Both the position numbers and the translations under genes were made by a program. The notes beneath the pieces are model-generated. The model was not told the DNA's origin and made no database searches. It saw only the letters and a program-made list of their open reading frames with translations. Shown here one piece after another: positions 24,401 through 56,999 of a DNA stretch of 64,000 nucleotides. Position 1 is the stretch's first letter. Every line of letters starts with the position of its first letter. This DNA comes from Sphaeroforma arctica JP610. Its lineage: Eukaryota. The stretch lies in NCBI RefSeq assembly GCF_001186125.1, contig NW_014040269.1:5493-69492 (forward strand), given 5' to 3'.

Positions 24401-26480
24401 CCCCTCTGACACTGCTATTCCTTTTCAAGGACATATTCTTCCGGTTGGCCCCGCTTGTACCAGACGTTCAACAGGCCAATCTACCGCCTGAACCCCAAAA
24501 CGCACCACTGCCCCCCGCTTTCACTGATCCTTCCCCTTCACCTACCACTAGTTACACCCCACCCCACCTACTACACACCAGCCCACTCCGACCTCACAAC
24601 CCACCGCACACACCCCCACTACCTTACCCACAACCCACTGCACACACCCCCACTACCTTACCCACACCCCAAACGCTCCACCTCCCTCATCTTCCACTCA
24701 CACCTATGCCTCCTACCCCCTGCCACCCCTCCTTTCACTGTCACTTCTCACCAACCCATTCCACCACTGACAGCCCCTTACCGCCCACACCAGCCACACC
24801 TCCTGTAATATTTTTTACGCCGCCGCACCCATTCCCCAGTTCTTTAATCACTGTCCCTCGCCCCTGCCAACAACCACCACTCACATCTCTCCCCAGACCT
24901 GACACTCGTACACCACCGGCGCCTCCACCACCTAACTCTTCTTCATTCATCGATTCCCTCCCTCTACACCGCATGTCGCCTTTGTCGACCACATTTAGCG
25001 AGGCCAGGCCACCCGTCGACTCGGCCGAAGCCTCGATCGCCTACCTCCGTGAGCACCCTGCCCACATTTCTTCCGTGCGCACTATTACACCCACGACTCG
25101 CTCCAAAATCACCCTGTTTGAGGCTGCATCTTTCCAAGACCCTAACGTCACCAAATCTATTGCAAGCGCACAGAAATCCAAATCGTGGCCTGCATGGGCC
25201 GCTGCCATAGACACCGAGCGTGCTCATCATATCCGGAATGACCTCGCTGATGTCATCCCCCTGACGGACGTCCCCAAGGACTCAAAACATCATTCATAGT
25301 AAATATGCATTTGCACTTAAACATGACGAGCATGGCCAGCTGACCCGCTATAGGGCGAGGATGGTTGCTCGTGATGACGAGCAACAACACAGCGATAGTT
25401 TCACCGATACTTACGCACCGGCAGTCCATTCTACCGCATACGTCTCTTCTTTGTTAAAGCTACTTTTGAACGGAAAGTGGTCCACTACTTCGACGTTACA
25501 TCCGCCTATCTTTACAGCAAACTGAATTTTCCAGTCTATATGCTGCCACCAAAGGGGTCTGTCGAACTGGGTCACTAGCCTCTTAATCACGTCCTCAAGC
25601 TGAAGCGCGGCCTCTATGGACTTAAACAGTCCGGCCGACTCTGGAATTTAGACATTGGTGCCAAGCTTCGCCACGCTGATTTTCAACAATCGGACGCTGA
25701 CGAGACCATCTGAATTCATCGTTCCCAGGACCTTGTCGTCGTCATTTATGTCGATGAGATTCTTCCGGCCGTTGACCCACAGACTACGGACGATCAATGA
25801 CTCTACATACAACTCTCTACCCACTACAACATGACTAGCCTGGGCATAGCTCGTCATGTCGTCGGGTTCCGTGTTATACAGGATGGATCAGGGACTATCT
25901 CCCTTTTACAAGACGCATATATATACAGCGTATGATCGACACATTCCCATGTCCAGGACACTCCTCCGAAACCAACACCTGGCACTGACACACATCCAGG
26001 AGAACTAACTGGCGAGCCATTCTCTGGTCGATTCCGCAGTCTTCTTGGCGCCCTGAGCTTTGCTGTCAATATGACACGTGTCGACATAGTTTGCACACTT
26101 AGCCAACTCGCTGCATTTTCTGCTGCTCCATTGGTTCCGCACTACGATGCTCTCATTAGGATCCTACTCTAACTTGCAGGGACGATTAATTTTGCACTTA
26201 CATTTCATCCTCGTACATCCACTCAGACCTTGGATATCGCCCTGTTATCTTATGCGGACTCCGACTGGGCAACAAGCCCTCTCACCCGGAAATCACAAAC
26301 AGGTACTCTTATCTGTTTCAACTCTAACCCCATATATTGGCGGTCGCAAAAATAGAAAACGGTTTCCATCAGCTCTGGAGAAGCCGAATATATCGCAAGA
26401 TCTGATACAACCCGCTCTAAAGCCTGGATTCACAACCTAATGACGGCATTTGGCTACAAATTAACTCTTTCCAACCCGCT
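21457..26480 (+). mobile_element. Ty1/Copia LTR retrotransposon (degenerate): gag-PR-Dam MTase-INT-RT-RH; 3' end lost
   Basis: PBS-like GGTTATGGGCC (21640-21650) and three CCHC knuckles (22140-22300). Integrase: CNTCIEGK, HTDLQGP, PPYSPSQNAKV. RT: RARMVAR, DVTSAYL, LKRGLYGLKQSGRLWN, IYVDE. RNase H: YADSDWA...RKSQTG...SSGEAEYIA. Copia domain order (INT before RT). Confidence 0.92.
23147..23490 (+). pseudogene. Dam-type adenine methyltransferase domain inside Copia pol (not visible in the supplied ORF track)
   Basis: Manual translation: DKWVFNSELLKAALDFLGDTPILDICASKVTA*FPRYVSPEGG, then (frameshift) ALDWSDIDLLQELAYVCPPWSLIKDTLAANTKAASTLVLVAPLRPAAPWWPALL. CPPW at 23335-23346. Confidence 0.78.
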
Positions 26481-27036
26481 TGCATATGAGTCTCGGAAAA
26501 ATTCAACTGCTGACAGTAAAAATTCATTTTTGTTACACAAATTCTGGGTTTATATCTATGTATTGTTTCGGTCGTATGACCAAGGTCAGACTCTTTAACA
26601 ATATACTACTCCTTCCTATCACCAGTCATACCGCCCGTGTAGCCTATTGGTCCTAGATCATTACCAATACTTCCCCATTGGTCATGAGCATCCACTGATG
26701 ACTGTATTGCAGCTTTTGCCATCCCAAAACTACAGTATTCTCCATAATATAGCAGTTGTATGGACTAGTTTCGTGAAAATTGTTCAAACACAGGATCGTA
26801 CTTTTTGCACCTTTTTTACGACTTTGTTTGACCCTTGTGCATTCCGCACTGAGAACGTGAATCAATTGGATATCGTAAAGTCCACCCATAATACTACTTG
26901 TAGGGCCCGGCCCGCCCGCGGAATTTGCACTACCTACAGGGTCGTACATTTTAAACACACAGAACAAAACGCAAAACATAGATATATAGGCACAAAAAAA
27001 ACACACACAAAACTACAAATAAAGCATACTATAACC

Positions 27037-28994
27037 ATGTCTAATCCAGAGACTCTGGTAGTGTACAACACAATCACACGTGAATTCCTAAATTGGTTTA
27101 GACCTAACTACAACTTTGATCAACATACTGATTTTGAAAGCAAATAATGCCAAGTTGAGATAAATACTTTTGGCCATTCAGCCAGACGATCTCTGTCGAT
27201 ATTTCAATTAACTTGCATATAGTGTCCAGGTTTCTGGACCAGACGATAGGCCTACTTTGAGAAGGGCTAACGGTATTCTCTTCGATAAGAAGGCGATATC
27301 ATGGTACATGCCACGAAATAATGAGTGGGACATAGTAGATGATTAGTGTAAACCAATTAAATCACCGGCGCTGAACAATCTGTTCAAACAAGTTGCACGT
27401 TGGGAGCTTCGTGGCGAAGGTAAGCCAAGATCAGAGAAGAAACCACTTGAGTATAATGAGTATAAGAACATATTGAAAATCAATCTTGAACACGCCAGCT
27501 TCCAAAACTCAACTCTGCATGGATTGTGGACGTGGACGTTTCAACTTGTGTGCAGGGTCGATGATGCGTGTAACTTGAAGTACGAGTATTTGAAAAATAT
27601 AGCAGGGGTATTAAAACTGCTTATTTATAGAGGTCGTGCAGAGCAAAAATATAAGCAACAGAAATCAAGTATCAAGGCAGGTAGTACTAGGCAGCATGGA
27701 TTCTTATTTGTGTGCGCTTGTGGGTTTGACCGCCCATCTGATTGAAAGGTTCGACGATAGTGCTGATCCGTCCACGTAGATTTTAGAGTGAATGTTCACT
27801 GCCAATGGTCAAACTGGTAGGGATGATCAGTTGAAAACTGACTACTCAAGAAGTGCACTGAAGAGAATAGTAGCACTAGATGGGTTTGAGGCAATGGGAT
27901 CGGTACCTAACATATGTACACATAGTTTTAGGAAATGTCCATGCACATATGTACAACGTAGGGGAACTACCAAGGGGGACGTTAATGCTAGGGGTAGATG
28001 GGCTATAAAACTTGACGGAACGCCGAGATACAGACAAAGAAGGTAAGTGGACACATACACAAGTAACCTGCTGCCTTATCCAGACGCAAAGGTATCCGAA
28101 CAACTTTGCGGTCCTAGAGGACCTTGTATATATAAAGTACAGCAAAATGCAGAGATAATAGACACCGAGGAGATTTTAAGCGGTGTAATACCAGGTCTTT
28201 ATGACCTAACAAACATACACGAAGCGCACAAAAGACTATTTGCCACCATTAGGTTATACTTAGCGCTAACGGACAGTGTACTGATAAGTGTGGAATTTAA
28301 ACAGACAGTTATGGCACACATGAATGAGAACTTTAACATACATCCAGACACTGATTTGACAAAAGTTGTTGTCAAACAACAAGTACTAATAGTACGCGAT
28401 AGTAATGACAGCTTTCGCATACAAGAGATCGATGGCGCACCAGGGGTCGGGAATGTAAAACACATGAATGTGCAAGACTTGCACAATGAAATATTAGGAC
28501 TCACAGTAGAAGTACGCCACCTGAAACAAATGACGGAGGAGGATAAGCTGGAGTACATCGCACAAAATACTAGACTAAGAAAACTAGTGCTGACGACAAG
28601 GAAAGACATGGCAGCAGTTTTCCACCGTACGTAACTACCATACAGAGCACGACGTAATGCGCAGAACCAACAGCAGAACAATAATCAGCAGCAAAACAAT
28701 CCACCACAAAATGATCCACCACATGTCAATCATGAACACAATCTCGGACAACAGCCAAATGTACGGGAACCAATACTTAGCAAAGGGCCTAAAACACTAT
28801 GGAACCTTTGGCTCGAATACGAAGAAGGGCTAGATAACAATAAAGCCGCGAAGAACTTCACAGATAGGGAAAGAGGACAAGTTAAAACTACCTATAGTTT
28901 TAGAAATCCCTTTTGGAGATCGATGGAGAAAAATCTATCGAAAGGACACACTGCGCAGGCCGCAATAGAGATACTGTATACTGTCTACGTAGAG
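27037..28994 (+). mobile_element. Crypton DNA transposon (tyrosine recombinase plus GCR1_C-like domain), degenerate
   Basis: YR catalytic motifs VCRVDD (about 27553), THSFRK (27918-27935), RGRW and DTY...LPYPDAKV...LC. C-terminal LSKGPKTLWNLWLEYEEGLDNNKAAKNFTDRERGQVKTTYSFRNPFW. Cut at 28995 by an LTR. Confidence 0.85.
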
Positions 28995-31163
28995 TGTAGT
29001 AAACACGTCAAATACGGTCATAAATCCTACTGAGGCTCAGTGAGCCTCGGTCAGGTATATTTATTAAGTCACTGGACTGTTTACGTGAGTTCCGTAGAGT
29101 CTCACCATATGCGACTCTATGGAACTAAAACCTGCTAATTATGTATATCCTAAACCTAACCAGATTTATCCCATCAAGGAGTTTTATTACACTCCCCCCA
29201 AGCTTGAGCATCACTGGTGATGGGAGAGCTTCTCTAAAGATGAAATTCCTTAAAATCATTGTCTTTGATGTCGAGATTATATCCGCCTGTCGCGGATCAA
29301 AGCTGTGCCTGAAGCAACAGTGCGTAACGTATTGCAATTACCTTGGAATAACGGTCCTTGCCGACCGGAACACTGGCTATGCGACGAAACTCAGGCCGCC
29401 TTGCCTATGGGAACATTTTAGGTCGAAGACGACCCATTAGCTGGCTCATCACCTTGGAGGTGGGGTGCTCGCAATTAAGTCTGCTCGAGCTAGAGACTAT
29501 TCGTGGTGCCTAGAGAATAGGAACACTTTAGGGTATAACCGACCTACAAACTGGCGTGTGCCTTCATTGTTGAAACAATAAGTATTTTAATAAAATAAGT
29601 TTAGTAGGGTCCGAAGCTATTACATCCCTGGATTCTGCAACTCTCTTCTCTTCTTTCTCGTTTGATCTGCCTTATGGTATGCGGCAATGTCATTTGGGTC
29701 ATCGAAGGCTTCTGATGTCTCCCATATGGGACTGCTTTCCTTCCACCGAACTAAGTATTCCATGACGCCGGAGTGGTCATTCTGGCGGTGTCGGATGATG
29801 TGCCTGAAAGCCGAACCCTGTTCTTGCCACATCTCGTTCGCCAGAGGTGGATCCGTTGCTCTATGTACCAAGCGCAACAGTTCCACTCTGACCGGCTTGC
29901 CCTTGAACGTGCTTGGGGTGGTGCCGTCTTTGTTCGCCAGGATATATCCTTGACCCTGTTGTTGTTTGACCACGTACGGACCAAACATTGGTCGCATTGC
30001 CTTTGTCGTTCGGCCCTCCGACTTCACCAATAACCACATCACCGTCCTGGAACGTGACTAAGTCGTACGCATGGAGTCCATCGAACTGCTTCGCCAGTGA
30101 GTCTGCATACTTATCGGTAGAATAGTATCGTGTAACCTATCCATGCGATGGGCCCACGTCTCATTGGTGACTGGCTGGCTATCTGGCAGATCGTCGGTAA
30201 AATTTGTGAACGGAACATGCTTTCTTCCAAAGTACGCACTGAATGGGGCTGTCTTGTGCCTGCGTGAGATGCGGAGATTCTGACAGAGCATGATCAATGG
30301 CAGTCTGACGTCCCACGCCGTTGGAAGCGACCTGCAGAGTTTGCTCACCCTTCGTGGATGTCTCTGTGTCTACGTTCCGCAGTTCCCAAAACATGCGGCC
30401 GGTATGGTGGTGACCCGGTATGGTGGTGACTTTGCGGGCATGATGCCTACCTCTTGCGTGAGTAGCCGTGGAATCTTGTTGGAGAATTCGCCCCCTTCGT
30501 CTGACTGGAGCTTCCGTGGGAAACCATGTGCTCCGAACACTTTCATCAGTTCGGCTGTGACATCTTCCGCGGATTTGCTCTTAGTTGCAATCAAGGTAGA
30601 GTAGCCTGGGGCTATGTCTATAACATGGAGGATTTACTTATATCCTGTCGTGGAGATGAGTGGCATGGGTATTATGTCCACCTGTATGTGGTCCCATGGA
30701 TACTTCGCATCGATGCTTATCAGGGGGTGGGACCCTTTTCTCAACACTCGTTGCCCAAGGCATGGCCTGCAATTGCAGCGTATTGTTTTGGCCAAGTCTA
30801 GTGCATTCGGCCACGAGTGACCGTTCTCCCGAAGTTGGGCCACTGTATCCTTTGCACTGTGATATCCGATCTCGTGTTGGCTCAGTGTAAGTTGGGGGCG
30901 TCTTTTCATTTCATCGGCACTCGGGTGGTCTCCCATTGCTACCTCCGTTGTGGCGATCGAAATCAGCCTCGCTATATCTAACGGAGTCGATCTTTGATTG
31001 GAGCGGGGCTCTGCATACCCTAGGCTGCGCGAGAACGAGGTGGGTAGCTGATAGCCAGACTTTGGGCCAACTTGTGCTATAACCGTGTGGCCCCATGGTG
31101 TCTTTCCACAGGCGATCTTGCCATCCTTCAAGAAAGTATGCGCTGTTCTTGGAACTAAGATTG

Positions 31164-31170
<7 letters not shown>
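28995..31170 (-). mobile_element. Ty3/Gypsy chromovirus-like element 3, 3' portion (MTase tail-INT-chromodomain-PPT-3' LTR)
   Basis: HEIGYH...CRPC zinc finger, WDHIQVDI, QSDEGGEF, FGPYVV and chromodomain MEYLVRWKESSPIWE. PPT GGGGGGAG (29192-29199). LTR 28995-29191 with TGTAGTAAA...TTTTATTACA termini. Confidence 0.9.
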
Positions 31171-31194
<24 letters not shown>

Positions 31195-31622
31195 NNNNNN
31201 NNNNNNNNNNNNNNNNNNNNNNNNNNNNNNNNNNNNNNNNNNNNNNNNNNNNNNNNNNNNNNNNNNNNNNNNNNNNNNNNNNNNNNNNNNNNNNNNNNNN
31301 NNNNNNNNNNNNNNNNNNNNNNNNNNNNNNNNNNNNNNNNNNNNNNNNNNNNNNNNNNNNNNNNNNNNNNNNNNNNNNNNNNNNNNNNNNNNNNNNNNNN
31401 NNNNNNNNNNNNNNNNNNNNNNNNNNNNNNNNNNNNNNNNNNNNNNNNNNNNNNNNNNNNNNNNNNNNNNNNNNNNNNNNNNNNNNNNNNNNNNNNNNNN
31501 NNNNNNNNNNNNNNNNNNNNNNNNNNNNNNNNNNNNNNNNNNNNNNNNNNNNNNNNNNNNNNNNNNNNNNNNNNNNNNNNNNNNNNNNNNNNNNNNNNNN
31601 NNNNNNNNNNNNNNNNNNNNNN
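31195..31622. other. Assembly gap preceded by (AC)n
   Basis: Run of N. Confidence 1.
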
Positions 31623-31774
31623 CATAGAGAGGGTATTTTCACATAACCCGATGGTAATGAAAGTCTCGTTCCACATAGGATCGTGATTAATAAATATAGC
31701 AGGCGCGCCATTCCCAATGGCCCTTCTGACTGAGTTCACTTATTTCAGACTTAACACTCTTAATTAAGTGTAAC

Positions 31775-32430
31775 TTGGTTTTGACCACAGAATGCATACG
31801 GACGGGCCTACAAGGTGGCCGGAAGAAAGGCTTGTTGCAGCAACCGACTTGCCCGACCACAATTGGGGGGGGGGGGGAGGTTAACCTTGATTATCTTTCG
31901 GTTAACCCTGAAGCGGAGGGCTACAACACTATCCTGGCGGCATGGGTTCCCGCTTTTCGCCACCGACACATATATACGATCGGATCAGCATACGGCGACC
32001 TTCTTGATCAAATTCTGCGACGAACAACTCTGGCCGCGGGGACATATTCAACTGTATGTTATGGACAAAGATAGTACGATGCGTAGCGACGAGTATACGA
32101 AGTACGCTGCTGACAATGGCGCACGGATTCACTATGTTTCAACCGGGGAACATGCTGGCAATGGAATAATAGTTTCCTATGTACCTTGATTTACTGTACG
32201 AAGCGATGCCTGTCGGTCGGACTCCAGCATACTTGGCGCTGGGAGATACCTATTTTTTTCGCCAACTATAAGCCCCCTCCCCCACAAGTTTGCGAAGGAC
32301 TTGCTTGGCCCGGCGATTGTACTGGCCCACGTGGCCTCCATGATGCACTATATCCAAGACCTGTCAATTAACAAAGAGTACAGGGTTCATAATAAGAACC
32401 TTAAAGCGTATACCCCGCCGGTGGGCCTGG
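31775..32430 (+). pseudogene. Gypsy-type integrase fragment (element 4)
   Basis: VNLDYLSV...GYNTIL, MDKDSTMRSDEY...IHYVSTGEHAGNGII and GPAIVL...YRVHNKNLKAY (GPY/F-like). Frameshifted. Confidence 0.65.
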
Positions 32431-33439
32431 ATGAAATGCTTTCCAGGGGCACGACTGCCAACTTCATCTATGCCTATTTTCTGTTTCACGATTCCGATTA
32501 CGCCAACACAATCACGGAGACGGAACGTCAGGCACTTACCTTTGCTTTCCGAACTGTACATAAGCGGTTGCGATTCGTTTCCAGTATGATCTCAATTGTG
32601 CTTATGTGAAATGGACCCGCCTCTGTAGCCGTTATAGCCATGTGCGCACCAGTGATTTTACGCCGGTCTATGAGACTTTCATGGCCTCCAAGGCATCCGA
32701 AGTTCCCAACTATTCGTCTACGCTGAGCCAAGTCAAACGTGCCTACCGGTTTGCCTCTGATGCCTCCTACAGGGCTGAATAGCTCCTGGTTTGGGAGCTA
32801 AAGCATATCTCCACTATGCTGCTGGATGCGGCGCCTGGTTGAGCTATGTACACCAGCGGAGTGCGATTCTGACTACTCTTTCCTGATTCCTTTTGAGACG
32901 GGTGTTTTTGCCTTTTCAAATTCTCAAACAGTCCCCCGGCCAAGTTGATGGTCTTATTCCTGTGTGGACGGCCCTCATGCGGGAGTTCGGACCGGCTGAA
33001 TTTTCGAGCCATAACCACGAGTCTCCCCGGGGCTGTCTTATAAGGGTGGACAGAATGGCCCTAGGCTCTGCACCCAGGCGCATGCACCTAGACCCTCGGT
33101 CCTAAATCACCGGCTCATCAGCACATGGACCACCATTTATTGATGAGCCTGTCTGAACTTTAGTCTGTAAATTAAATAATAGTTCGATAATGCACTTCAA
33201 CCTTGAAGTATCTCGTCTGTACAGTGAAACTTTTAATAAACCTTTTGCTGTTTAGAAGTTCTGTGTCATCTGTGTAGCAGCTAAAACACAAGAGAGTGTT
33301 TTTCTGGTCTCTTGAAAAGTTGAAATGTCACGAAAATAAAATTAGAAATAAATATAATAATTTGTACATAAATACCAACATAGCCTTCCATACTCGCTTC
33401 TACATTTCTCTTTTGTATAAGAGATGCAGCTTCGTCAGT

Positions 33440-33964
33440 ATGTTGCGTCCTCTAAGTAGGTCTGAAATTGATGAGATCGACGATACTACCAACGATATCA
33501 TTGGGCGCTCGCGGGCCTTGCTCAATATACATGGTCTAGTAGCGAACCATCCGGCGCTTTTAAAAGCGTACTGGCCCCTGAGGGAACACGTCGTTAACTC
33601 CAACAGCCTGCCACCGAGATGCCATGAACTTCTCATCCTGCGGATTGCGTTTCGAATGGATTGTGCGTACGAGTGGGAGCATCATGTTATTCGAGGGAAG
33701 AAGGTGGGAATCACGCAGCAAGAATTAGATGAAATACGGAAGATAGACGGCAGCTGGCGTTGTACGACGGATGAACTAATGGTTATGTGCGCTGATGAGT
33801 TGTTTGATAAAACTGCCCTAGGAAAAGAGACGACAGAGACTCTGAATAGTTACGGAAAAAAGGGAATCCTCGATGCTATCATGACCGTTAATATATATCG
33901 CACTCTCGCCAATATGCTACTTACTTTTGAAGTGAACGCAGATGATTTAGCTTTAGAGCATTAA
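33440..33964 (+). CDS. Carboxymuconolactone decarboxylase/AhpD-like (CMD family) protein, 174 aa, intronless
   Basis: Intact ORF from ATG 33440: LNIHGLVANHPALLKAYWPL...LPPRCHELLILRIA...CAYEWEHHV...ILDAIMTVNIY, matching the CMD-family ExxILR/YEWxHH signature. Confidence 0.85.
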   Translation: MLRPLSRSEIDEIDDTTNDIIGRSRALLNIHGLVANHPALLKAYWPLREHVVNSNSLPPRCHELLILRIAFRMDCAYEWEHHVIRGKKVGITQQELDEIRKIDGSWRCTTDELMVMCADELFDKTALGKETTETLNSYGKKGILDAIMTVNIYRTLANMLLTFEVNADDLALEH

Positions 33965-34526
33965 CATGAAAACTGCTGTTTGTATAGAACTCTGACTTCG
34001 GTACGATAGGGCCGCTCGGCGATAAATCACAGCACGCCGTTGCAGCACTCATCAACGCTTCGACGACTTGGATAGAATAAATCGTATGTGCTGGAAGTAC
34101 AGCGCGGGGCAGTGTTTTCAGCCATATATGGACAAGTAGGACTTCCCCAGCATCCGCGGTATATTCAACAGAAATGCAGTGCAAGGCGTGGCATTGAGAA
34201 GTAGCCGAGTCATTACTCAAAAATATGCTATCGTCCCGTATAGTGGTCGTGAAGTATCAGCTCGCCGTTGGTGGGCAGTGCACCACCATGCATCGTTCGT
34301 CTGTGTGATGCGCAGCAGCATTTTTTTACGAGACCACAGCTGGATATGAATCCAGCAACGCACACTTCAAAGCTCGCTATTACGACACCTACACCTCGTC
34401 GCGCTGTTAGAAACGGAACAACACATTAAATAGTGTATAGGAACACTTAACGCAAGTATTTAATTATCTTTAAATTCTCTTATTCAACTCTACTTTCAAA
34501 GTCGAAATGCGTTCTACTTTTGCGAC

Positions 34527-55592
<21,066 letters not shown>

Positions 55593-55970
55593 GTTGTTCT
55601 TTTAGTAGTCAAGAAGAAGAAACAACGGCGTCTAGACTGCTTGTTTCAAGTAGAATGATATATGTTGCAGTTGTGCGATTTCCATACATATCTAGACAGG
55701 AGCCGACTTCGATAAGAGTACCAGCATACAGCTATGTAGTGTTCTACTGTTCATATGTGTTGCGAACTCCAAATTGATCTTTGCTTTTAACCTGCGTGAC
55801 TTTGTTTACAATACGAACCGAAAACCACTTTAGCGAGAGGTTCGAATATACTGTTTTGGAATACATATTTTAGAATTATTTATATATAAAATAATAAAAT
55901 AAATATATGCACTAAAAATATATTTTTACAATGATCTTTTTTATATATATAAAAAACAATATATATTTGG

Positions 55971-56417
55971 GGCACAGCAGTGAGAATCGGGTCGTTCCCG
56001 TTCATCCAAAATGTCGTTTCACAAATCCGGGACTTTTGGAGCGATGTATTGGCTATAGCACCCGATACCAACGGTGAAAACCTAAAAACTCGACTGTTTT
56101 GACCTCCATTCCTCCAGGCCTTTCGATCCTAATTAAGTCAAAATTTTATGGGTTAGAAATGCTTCATCCTGTGTATGCTAAGCCGAAAAAGTCCATTTTA
56201 CCTATTGTAAACATTTGGGCCGGGCAAAAGTCTATACATTGGGCCACCACATGTCCAGAATGTCGTTTTTGGAAACTCATCGGTTTTGGCATTGTTATGA
56301 TCTGCCAAAAGCAACCATTCATTTTGGAGAAAAAAATGAAGGCTAGTTTTGGAAATATTTCGGGGTGAAAATCAGGATGAACGACCTGGTTCCTGTTTTT
56401 TTCAAATACTGCTGTGC
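55971..56417. mobile_element. Possible MITE upstream of DMXL
   Basis: GCACAGCAGT...ACTGCTGTGC terminal inversion plus subterminal CGTTCATCC/GGATGAACG, in AT-rich flanks. No clear TSD. Confidence 0.45.
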
Positions 56418-56999
56418 AACCATATTTACTGCTATGTATTTAACTATTTTATTTTTAAACAAAAAAATACATTCATCCGTGAAAACATGTACTTTTTTTA
56501 TAGAAAAATTTGACATACATTGTATTACTGTATAAATACCACATCATCGGTAAATTTATTTAGAGGGCATGTATTATCATATACATAATCATCGCGATCT
56601 CATCTCGAAGTGCATCAACTGTCGATACGATGATGAAGCCAGTGCAACCTACAGGTGAGAAGCTGTATGATGTAATGTTCTTTCCGTTGAATTGCGCATT
56701 TATAGACACGCATAAATGCAACCGTATATCTATTAACCGTACAAACGTATAACCAACCCCACAAACCATACAAGTTAACATTGCTAGCCAAAAAGTAGCG
56801 AGCGTATCGGATGACTTACCAATCGACCTTGATTCCTGAAGGTTTCGACATATTGTTAGCGTTAATGAGCCCAAAATTGCACGCCACCCGAGAAAGGCGT
56901 GCATACCGAATCGTACACGCGTGTGAAGACGATCAGTTATTCGCCTACTTGTGCATACAAATTCAAATTGAAAAGTCTTACAGTGGTGCACAGGCATAT

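Noticed and set aside
24445..25000. Pro-rich ORF as a host extensin or mucin-like gene
   Set aside because: It is the low-complexity linker between the Copia integrase and RT, in frame with the start of RT.
3700..31170. Alternative genetic code (TAA/TAG read-through) to explain in-frame stops
   Set aside because: Stops fall at both expected Trp and Gln positions and coexist with frameshifts, and the intact CMD gene ends in TAA. Ordinary pseudogene decay explains them.
33296..33439. 48-aa N-terminal extension of the CMD ORF
   Set aside because: It starts at a non-ATG codon in AT-rich, promoter-like sequence. ATG 33440 gives a typical family length.
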